DNA from: Catajapyx aquilonaris
Taxonomy: Eukaryota
NCBI GenBank assembly: GCA_000934665.2
Contig: KZ538046.1
Location: 124,001 to 144,298, forward strand
Length of the DNA: 20,298 nucleotides
Direction: 5' to 3'
A program made the translations under genes and the position numbers. Positions 11,809 through 20,298 of the stretch are shown in pieces (the first letter of the stretch is position 1; the number at the start of each line of letters is the position of its first letter). Under the pieces are notes generated by a model. That model had not been told where the DNA came from and did not search any database. It saw only the letters and a list, made by a program, of their open reading frames with translations.

Positions 11809-11870
11809 GTGGGGGTGGAGGTGGGGGGTGGACATGTGCTCATATCCACCCCCACCCCCAACCCCCCCAT
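11809..11870. repeat. Imperfect GC-rich inverted repeat (hairpin with about 25-bp stem and 4-nt loop)
   Basis: GGGGGTGGAGGTGGGGGGTGGACATG-tgct-CATATCCACCCCCACCCCCAACCCCC; loop at 11837-11840. Confidence 0.7.
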
Positions 11871-11888
11871 AAAGCCACATGGCCAGCT

Positions 11889-11969
11889 CACGTGTTAAGA
11901 AAACACGTGCAAAATCCGCTGTTTTTGGAATGAACCGTACCAAACATGGCTGCCATCCGACGCATGCGT
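11889..11969. promoter_or_regulatory. Promoter-proximal motif cluster: two CACGTG E-boxes, YY1-like site, NRF1-like palindrome
   Basis: CACGTGTT (11889-11896) and AACACGTG (11902-11909) form an inverted pair; CAAACATGGCTGCC at 11941-11954; ACGCATGCGT at 11960-11969. Confidence 0.4.
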
Positions 11970-13104
11970 ACTGAACGCACCAGGCTGCCAGTTCGCGCTC
12001 ATGAAGGAGGGGGGAAATGGTCAGTTACTTGCAACCATTTATAGGTCCAAACTTTGAAAATTATTTGCATTCCCATGACATAAAGTGAATTTGAAATGTG
12101 GTGTCACCGTCTTTGTCCCACAATGTCCCTGGGTTGCACTTGAGAATTCTGTTGCACACCCTGTGACCCAATAATAGGCACATTTTTGTGCACCCCCCCA
12201 CCTTCCACCCCCATCCTGCTGCTATCCCTAAGTTTATTCCGAGGATGACAGCCTGCGACTGCGCCGCCAACACCTTTTGCTCTCTGCCATCGTACAGCCT
12301 CCAAACACCTGACACCCCGTAGACACACGGATTACACTCCAAATTTTTAGGACCTCGACTAATCATGGGGCCAAACCGGAATTAAAACAATAAATTTTCA
12401 AAGGTTTCCCAGCAGCCGTTCTGCAAACTTTCCATTTTTAGCTACCAGCTTTTTGAGATTAAAAAAAAGAATAAAATATTAGTTATGAGCGACGTTGATT
12501 GGAAGAAAAACAGTCGTCTTGACAGTCAGGGCCCCCGCCAACTAATGCGAACGTCTACCCAAATTAAAGCAGGTCTTGAAATATTGATGCAAAGTGTTGC
12601 AGCCTTTTCCCAGCAACCAAGCTTAGAGAAAAAAAAATACTAGAGCTGGTTTCGAATCCACACTCCAAGTTTCAGTGCAAATAGAGTATGTGAAACGCTC
12701 ATCATAATAACCAAGAGGTTTTTGCCTGAAAAGGAGCTGAGTTTCCCTCCTCTTTGCTAGTGTAAACAGAGAGTATTTCCTGGGCGTAAAGAGTGTTTCT
12801 ACAGGTAAGGTGAAGGAAGGTTTTTACCTGAGGCGATGTTGCTACATAACCCCTCAAAATTTACCAGGTAAATTTGCAATTCCTAGCAAACTTTCTGCCA
12901 AATTACTATTCCCCAAAAAATTTAATGCGTATCGTTGCCTAATCGGACAGTGAGTTGGAAATAAAATATCCGGTTTCGTGTTTTAGTCGCGTATGATTAA
13001 AATTTACGAGTGGCTTGGCAGACTCAAGCCTCTCTGTATTGTTCATAAAAGTATGGTGTCCTTCATGCATAAAAATTTTAACTTTTGCACTAATTTCACA
13101 TTCA

Positions 13105-13150
13105 GAGAGGGGGAGGGGATTTTTTTAAAAAAACCCCCTCTTTTCCTCTC
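13105..13150. repeat. Imperfect palindrome centred on T7A7
   Basis: GAGAGGGGGAGGGGATTTTTTT|AAAAAAACCCCCTCTTTTCCTCTC. Confidence 0.6.
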
Positions 13151-15774
13151 CCGAAAACCGCACGCATACTTTTACAACTCAGAAAGCGTGCATGGCAGGG
13201 GTGTTAATTTTTCCTGAGCAACTTTTTTTTCCGTCATATATAGGGGGGAAAAAGTGACACGTACCTCCGCAAAGCACAATTTTTCGTCATTTACCAAAGC
13301 GGCCGAAATTTTTTGTCCGTTGAAAGAACAAATGTTTAAATCCAAGCTCGCCTAAAATTGACCTCCTATTGGGCTATTTTCCCAACTGAGGGGGAAAAAA
13401 TCCGACAGATCATCAGTCCTCACGGCTGTCCGAATTTGGTGGGAGTTGGAATCCCCACCGGATCCTTCAAAATCGCGATTCCATCCCGTAGGAACCAAAA
13501 ATCAACATGTTCTGTAGACCAAACAAAAACAGTCCGGGAATTGTTGGGATAGAGAGAGCCCTGTGCTAGAGTAGAGAGAGAGAAAAAAAAATGGCTGACG
13601 TTTGCAATCACAAACGCAGTATGTTGACTGGCACATTTACACCCCTCAGTTATATGTGTATGCAGTAGAAAGTGGGGGATAAACTAGAACTAAGTTTTCT
13701 TGGTGGACCTTGAGAGAAAGTCGGGTCGTTTCCTAAGCACAAACCTCGGCACTCGCAAGCTACCCACATTAGTTGCCACAAGCAGCCTTCTATGGCCACC
13801 GCCATGTTCCACATGCTGCTACCTCGCCTCACTTTGCTCTTCTCCTTCACACCAATCACGCTGAAGCGCCTCTTTACAGTCATTCATATGAGAAACAAAC
13901 AAACAAAAATATGGAAAATGCGAATTATTGACAATGCAAAAATTGGATGTGGCATTTTCCCAGGCGATGACATTTCATCAGGTTCATTCTAAAAATATCC
14001 TTTTTCCGGAATATCATCTCCGCCATTTGTCGACATCCGTAATTATCTTCATTCGTAATTTGCTCCCGCGAAAAGGTTATAGAGCAGGCGGGGTTCAAGT
14101 GCGGATTGTCTACACCCGTGTACTGGGGAATGAAGCTCATTATTTTGTGCTCGTTTTTTTAGGAAAAAAAAGTGCTGGGTTGAAGTGTATGAATCGCGGG
14201 AGGGGGGAAAAAGAGTTGGTATACTTCGTGGAAAATATCGCGATTCAGGCGAGACGATAGACATTTACGTGATCATGTTAGCCTGCGTAATTACTGTACA
14301 TTTCTTTGAAAAGTAAAACATCATCTGCATGCATGATTCATTTTACATTCCAGAGACCAGTGGACAATTCGCTGTACCAACTGCTTTCAAAAATCTACGT
14401 GCATTTGCATGTGAACAAGTCAAAATTCCTGCTGAACAGTTTTTCATTGAAATTTCATATTTAAAACTCTGGCTTCGATGAGTTTATTAGCTCTTTCATA
14501 TATGCAGTATATTAATCTTTGTAAACTGGCCAGTCTTCAATAAAAATGTTACTGTATTCGGGAACTTAGAGGTTGTATTACTCTAATTGTGTCATAAATA
14601 AATAACTGGGAAATAATTTACTAAGATGATACACAGAAAATTCAAACCTTCGAGAGCAAAAATTACGGCAAAATGCATAAAAATATTGTCGCGTTTTCGA
14701 TTCCATCTACAATAACAGCCAAAAAATATATCAACACAAATGTGACCACCAGAACAACCTCACTGTTATTACCGCTGTACATTAGCACTAAAATTAAAAC
14801 AATTACAATTTCATAAAACTCTCGTCTACAAATATAATTTTACATCTAAAGCAGGCCTTCAACCTATAACAAGACGTCAAAAGGTTCAAGAATATTTCGC
14901 TCCGGAGCTGCGAGGCCGGCACAACTTATAATTCACACAGTCGCCAAGGTAACATCTACAAAACTAAACACTGTCGCTAAACCACATCTCATAATTAATA
15001 ACAACCTGAAAAATCACAAATCTACTGAATATTTACACAACAGCCTCAGAATTCGTTCCGACATGAATCTGCCACCAAGGCCTCGCTCAGGCCTGACTAG
15101 CGCTGTTAAGACACATTTAGAGCAAAACAACAACGACAGTTAGCTCTTAATCAACAAATTTGCTTGCAATTGCACCTCTATTGCTATTCATTCCGCACAT
15201 TTTCTCTCTAATTAGAACTTTTCTACTTTAAAACGCTCGAAAAAAGTGGCCTCGTTTTAAGGACGCTCGCTCACATTTCACGCCTGGAGCTAGGGGAAAA
15301 AAAATCACCATGTGAGAGAGAGCCCCGCAAAAAAGCGAATTACAGTAGCGGCGCACCTATTAACCCACGTTTTACTGTACGCCTGCCTAAAAAGACACCA
15401 CAATCGGTGTAAAAATGACCCGTTTTACCGCCAAAAAAAAACCACGACATGAATCTTAAACCTCCATTATTTTTGACACCCAAAAATCAAACGTAATGAC
15501 ATATTTGTGCAATTTTCAGACACATTTTTCGGATGTAAATACGGGAATGTCGGGCGTGTTAGGCCTGATCCGGGACGGGTTGTTCGGGGGCCCGGTTCGC
15601 CCGGATAACTCTTCTTCCGACCGGGAACACACGCCCCGGCCTCCTACCCAAAAATTGTCCCCGATAAATGAACGGCACACAGTTTCACCGCCTATGGTCT
15701 GCGGAGGTGCACTAATAACACCGGCAGCTAAAAAAACAACAGGCTAAAAACCCGGGTGGGGGCCAATTGCGTTG

Positions 15775-15905
15775 TTGGAAAGATTAATCCGTGGTCATTG
15801 AGCACCACTCCTTGCTTTGCTGCCGCGCCTAAATTAAGCTGGATTAAACAGCTTTAGCCAGCCTACAATAATGTAGTCTATTAACTGCTTTTTAATCTGG
15901 CGATT
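15775..15905. promoter_or_regulatory. Cluster of K50-homeodomain (Otx/Pitx/Gsc-type) sites, candidate enhancer
   Basis: AGATTAATCC (15781-15790, overlapping opposed sites), TAAGCT (15835-15840) abutting GGATTA (15841-15846), and TAATCT (15893-15898). Confidence 0.4.
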
Positions 15906-17739
15906 TTTCGATGGGCTCAAACTGCCGCAACCCTATTAGTGAATCCATAAAGAGAGGAGCGACCGAAAAAAAAAGGGCTACGAAAAAAAAATGCGGGGAC
16001 TGCAAATTGCCAAGTCGAACTTAATTGGCGAAACATTGAAAATTGGCAGATCGTAGTCCTCGGAAAAATACGGGGGAAGATCCGGGGATTGCGGGTAAAA
16101 AAATTTGGAGCGCGAGCCAGTGGTAAAGACCAAGTTTCATTCATCATGTAAGTGGGTTTTTTTTTTCGGAGAGGAACGTGTGTGGACTGACATGGTGAAT
16201 TTGAAAAGAGGTGAAAACGCGTTCATAAAGTGGCGGATAAAATTCATATGTGACGTGACTCGGGTATGGAGAGAAAAAATGAGGAAAAAAGAGTGGAGCA
16301 AACTGTGGCCTAACACCTCACGTAACTCAATAGCCGCATATGCTTCAACCAATATTTGCACAATTTTTGCGAATTATTCCACAGATAGATATTACCATCT
16401 TTTTTATTAACAAGCCTCTGCTAAGTCACACAAAAATTGCGATTGTACGTAACGTGCACACCCAGCTCTTAAAAAATCAACTATGTATTATAATATATGA
16501 ATTATGTTAAGATGACCCGCTTTGATGTAAACACAAAAACAGAGCGCAACAAAACATTCCGGTGGTGTTTAGCAAGCTACAAAACGTTGAATTAATGAGC
16601 AAAAATCCGGTTCTATAAACTGGGTATTACTGGCATAACCAGTGGCAACTTCCTATTCATATTTAAGGCTACTCAAAAAACCAGTTTTCGTTTTTCTTGA
16701 GAGATCCGTGGGATTTCTTTCCCCCACCGTGGTAGTTCCCGGGGAAGTTGAGTCCGACATCGACGCTCGCAACATCAAGTACTGGCTCTCACATTCGTGT
16801 TACAGTAACCGACAAAAAACCAGGTGTTTCCTCAAATTGTGACCTTTTTGGTGGATTTGTAACAAAAATTGTGCGACACCGGCTTGTGAGAGAAAACTGG
16901 AGATAAATCTGGACGGGTGGCGGCCTAAACGTGCTTCTTGCTTCTCCAGAAGAGGCTTGTTTTGGCCGCTGGCAAGGTAAAATTTATATACCAGATAATC
17001 TGCTTTTCCTGCATGAAAAATAGATGGTAATGCGGATATAAAGTCCGCTTCCATCTTTTTTTTTCTACCGGAAAGTTATGGCCTAACATAGCTACCGGCT
17101 CTCTAACCGGGATAAATTTACTGAGGTTGAAAAAAGGGCCGGGGCCTAACACTTGAGTTCGGAACATTGTTCTTTCATGTCATATTGTTAGAAATTATTG
17201 CTTCCTGTGCTCGGTACAGAATAAACTACAAAATTTTCAGACTTATTCTGCGGTAGGTTAGATGAAAACAAAAAAAAAATGCAGGGGGCTTCTGCAAAAA
17301 TAAAAGAGCAACTCGAAGCATATGATACAAAAATATTATTCCGCTATATTACTGAAATGAGAATTTTACTCTCAGTATTTTGCAAATACTATTTTTGTAC
17401 TGACTACTTGTTAACAGAAGAGTGTATATTAAAATTTATTTTCAAAATCAGACCTGTATAGCTAGGCCAAACTCGGCGGTATATGCAGCAGAAATGCGAC
17501 TTGTTATGTATTTTCAGCAATATCAGTTGAAAAAATAAATTCTGATTACACTGGGACACAAGGTATATCCAAGCACGCCATTTAGGTTGCAAACTGAAAC
17601 GAATCCGTGTCCGCGCAACTCATGTCAGGATGAGATAGCAAAATAGTTGGCAGAATAAAAAGTGAGCGTCGTCGGGCGTCACTAAATAATTCAGGAGAAT
17701 AGGAACATTTGTGCGGGTGTCTATTGACGAAACGTGTAT

Positions 17740-18125
17740 GTGCAAGACCGGAGAGGCTGTCCGGGGCCAGTGCAAAGTGTGATTTATCAGGATGCGGAGT
17801 GAGACGAGCGAAACATAATGGCATAAAGTGCGATGATGATACGGAGGCAGCAAACACCATTAAGGGAGGCCGATGGACCAGCTGTGCATAACTCAAGAGC
17901 CTGCAAGAAAGTTTGCTCTGGCTGCAAGAAAACCGCTCGACGCTTGCCAATAAAACCAACAGCAATTTTGCAATGCATAGCACGTTCAACTGTTCCATTA
18001 TAATCAGCCATGTGAAAGTTTGCCTACAAAAACATCTTATAAATTTTGCATGCAGCGATACTAAGTACCTTCCCTTCCTGCTGCAGGCCCCAAACTGAAG
18101 GCAAACGTTTGCAGCCATCTTCGTC
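17740..18125. promoter_or_regulatory. Candidate enhancer with posterior Hox/Cdx-type sites and a YY1 motif
   Basis: TGATTTAT (17780-17787), GCCAATAAAA (17946-17955), further CATAAA/CCATTA cores, and GCAGCCATCTT (18111-18121, the reverse complement of AAGATGGCTGC). Confidence 0.3.
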
Positions 18126-19904
18126 GAGCCTAACTTCTATCCCCCCCTCGAATTTTCCTCCAGAACCAGCCAAGCTTGTATACTATATGGACCTCCACAA
18201 CTTTGCCTGCATTTCTGACCACTCTACCTATATGTTGCCCATCAAACATGGAAAATCATAATAAGACAGTTGAATTCGTTCGGGTTTCAGCTCACGCCCT
18301 GGAATTTACACGCTGTTTTCATAACATGTAATAAACTGCACGAAACCAACGTTGCCCCAGTGTTGTAATAAACCAGCATTTGGAGGCACTGTGTAGGAAT
18401 TCTTGCAGCTTAAATGAAGATCCCAGATATAGGGGAGGGGGGTTTAGCATCCTTGCTAATGAAGGGTTAAGGGGACACGTGCAGCCTTACCCAGGTGGTT
18501 ATGTATAAAACGCACAAAGTGTTAGGAGTTGTGTGCTGTTGCTTCAGCGTCTTGACTTTTGCGGTTACTGCTCGACTATATCGCAGCAAGGCCTCTAATT
18601 ATTCAAAAGTTCAGAAAAGGTGGGCCTAAGCAAAACATCAGGCATCTATATACATGCGGTGGAGCATGTGTATACAGTGTGGTTCGCGATGGATACCTCA
18701 GGCCACGTGATATGGTAATTTGTAGCCACCCGATTTTTTAAAGTCAGAGGAACCTAATGTTGGTCATGTTACTTGCACCTACAGTTCATCGAGGAGCTAA
18801 CCTAAAGAATGCTGATGATACAGGTATAGGACACCATCTGCTTAGAAAATAAGTAATGAATATAAAGCTTTGAAAATTACCCCCCATCTGCCTAATAATG
18901 TATTTTAACTTTCCAGAAAGCGCTGTGAAGGCACAGGTATCGCCTTGTTATACTTATGACGCGTGTAATATTTTGTAGGGGCTCATTTTGAACAAATAGG
19001 GATTTAACTAAAGTTACCAATACAACAGCAGTGAAGCTAATAGGAAATGGAGCGCATGAAGTAGTTGAACGCGTTTTGTAATTATTCGTGTGAAGTAATT
19101 CCTCCAAAATATATATTATCACACCAGAAGTACAGAAAAGGATGCCAGGCTTGCCCATCGTCGCATGAAAGTGATTCAATACTGAATTTCAGCTGTTTAT
19201 AATTTTTCACGTTGATCATGTCGTTCAAGTTTGTTCCAAGTGCATGTTAACAAAACATAATTTCACAGTCGCCATAATATATTGACGCCTGTAATAATGA
19301 CAAAAGTAGTGTAGCAGTCGTAGTGTTGCAATCGTGAATTTTCAATAACAGATAATATTTAACCTTCCTACTGAATAATATTGTTATTACGATTATGTCA
19401 CATTTTAAGTTGAGTTTCCTCCACCGTTGACTTGCAAGAAAATGCCATGGTGATATTATTATCCCTCTCACTATGCCATGTATAAATTTATTTACGTACA
19501 TTTACGTATGTACATTCCTATACACTTCTGACGCCCAAATATTCCGCTCCCCACCAGCCTAAGCAATTGCCTGTGTCAGACCCTCACAAAAAACTCCTGA
19601 ACCTGTGGGACACCATTTTTTGCTCCCAAGTCCACCTGCAGCAGGCCAAAGGTTGCCTCTCCCCCCAACTAAGCGCCCGTGGGGGTCATAATGAGACCCC
19701 AGGGTGAGGTCCCCCCAAAAAACCGGGGACCCCCACGTTTTTTTCTCCAACTCATCCCACAGCCTTGAGTGCAGGGTGGGTTCGGGTGTTGTATAAGAGG
19801 ACAAGTGCTCCTGTGGCCATCTCTATTTGGGTTTGGAATAGGGATGGAGGGGGTAGGGCCACGTGCCCTGGGACAATCGCCGGTTCCATGCGCCTTTCGA
19901 CTCG

Positions 19905-20013
19905 CTGAGAGAGGGTGTGGGTTAGGAGAGAGAGAGAGAGAGCAAGCAGACTCGCTGGAGAGAGAGCGTGCTCAGAGAGACTCAGTGAGACTCAGAAACC
20001 TACCAACACATAC
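19905..20013 (-). other. Putative 109-nt GT-AG intron on the minus strand
   Basis: Minus-strand donor TAG|GTATGT (intron starts at 20013), branch-point-like CCTAAC (19921-19926), pyrimidine tract, and acceptor CTCTCTCAG| ending at 19905. Confidence 0.3.
19926..19996 (+). repeat. (GA)n microsatellite / GAGA-rich tract with tandem GAGACTCAG
   Basis: (GA)8 from 19926, further GAGAGAG blocks, and GAGACTCAG twice (19977-19985, 19987-19995). Confidence 0.8.
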
Positions 20014-20186
20014 CTAGGCTTCAGTTTGTGCCTGGGATTCACCACCCTGCAGCTACGTGTCCGACCCCCCTTTTAAAAAGGTGGGTTTTTAAACAGCAAA
20101 TATATCTCCACAAGTGTAGAGTGTAAGATGAGAGAGAGAAAAAGAGGGTGATGAGGATTAGGACTTTAATAATATTTCACGGGGAG
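19982..20186 (+). other. Putative plus-strand first exon (5' boundary uncertain)
   Basis: Inr-like TCAGT at 19982 and TCAGTT at 20021 after the GAGA tract; near-consensus donor GAG|GTGAGT at 20186/20187. Confidence 0.3.
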
Positions 20187-20298
20187 GTGAGTCTCCTTGG
20201 TGTGAAGGGTGGTGCTTGGTGCGCAAATTAGATTAGCCCCTCAGAGCCCAGGCTACTCGAGGGAACTCGGAGGAAAAGGAGAAAGAGGGGGGGGGGGG

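Noticed and set aside
11243..11943. Overlapping 182-aa (+) and 187-aa (-) ORFs, and a CDNC (CxxC) reading at about 11731
   Set aside because: Openness is explained by stop-poor G/C-rich low-complexity sequence (poly-Gly/Pro). The CxxC has no second zinc-ligand pair or upstream acceptor or ATG that I can support.
17582..18118. 178-aa minus-strand ORF
   Set aside because: Cys/Leu/Ser/Phe-rich, random-looking composition with no family similarity.
1..20298. Hox-cluster identity or retinoic-acid response elements
   Set aside because: No homeobox exon, no miR-10 and no clean DR5/DR2 of RGKTCA found by eye; only an imperfect DR1 (TGACCT-G-GGACCT, 1996-2008).
1..20298. Prokaryotic or viral systems (CRISPR, operons, IS elements)
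   Set aside because: No regularly spaced repeats, very low coding density, and eukaryotic microsatellite and splice-type signals throughout.

Overview
Eukaryotic, essentially non-coding DNA. By eye it is moderately AT-rich with no obvious CpG depletion, and it has many homopolymer runs and GA/CT tracts. That composition fits an invertebrate metazoan; an amphioxus-like deuterostome is my guess and is unverified. None of the ~90 short ORFs resembles a protein family I recognise, and I found no tRNA, rRNA, known miRNA, transposase or CRISPR array. The window reads as a cis-regulatory landscape, such as a large intron or the upstream region of a developmental gene. It has several high-complexity blocks rich in homeodomain, Pbx-Hox, Sox, Maf and K50 motifs (about 3.6-3.8, 4.3-4.8, 15.8-15.9 and 17.7-18.1 kb). 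It also has three purine/GA-rich islands with TCAGT initiator-like motifs (about 5.7, 11.6 and 19.9 kb), two of which are followed by strong 5' splice donors and could be alternative first exons. A canonical-looking 109-nt minus-strand intron overlaps the last island. All regulatory and exon calls rest on motifs alone and need conservation or transcript data. I cannot name the host gene and see no evidence of a new protein-coding system.
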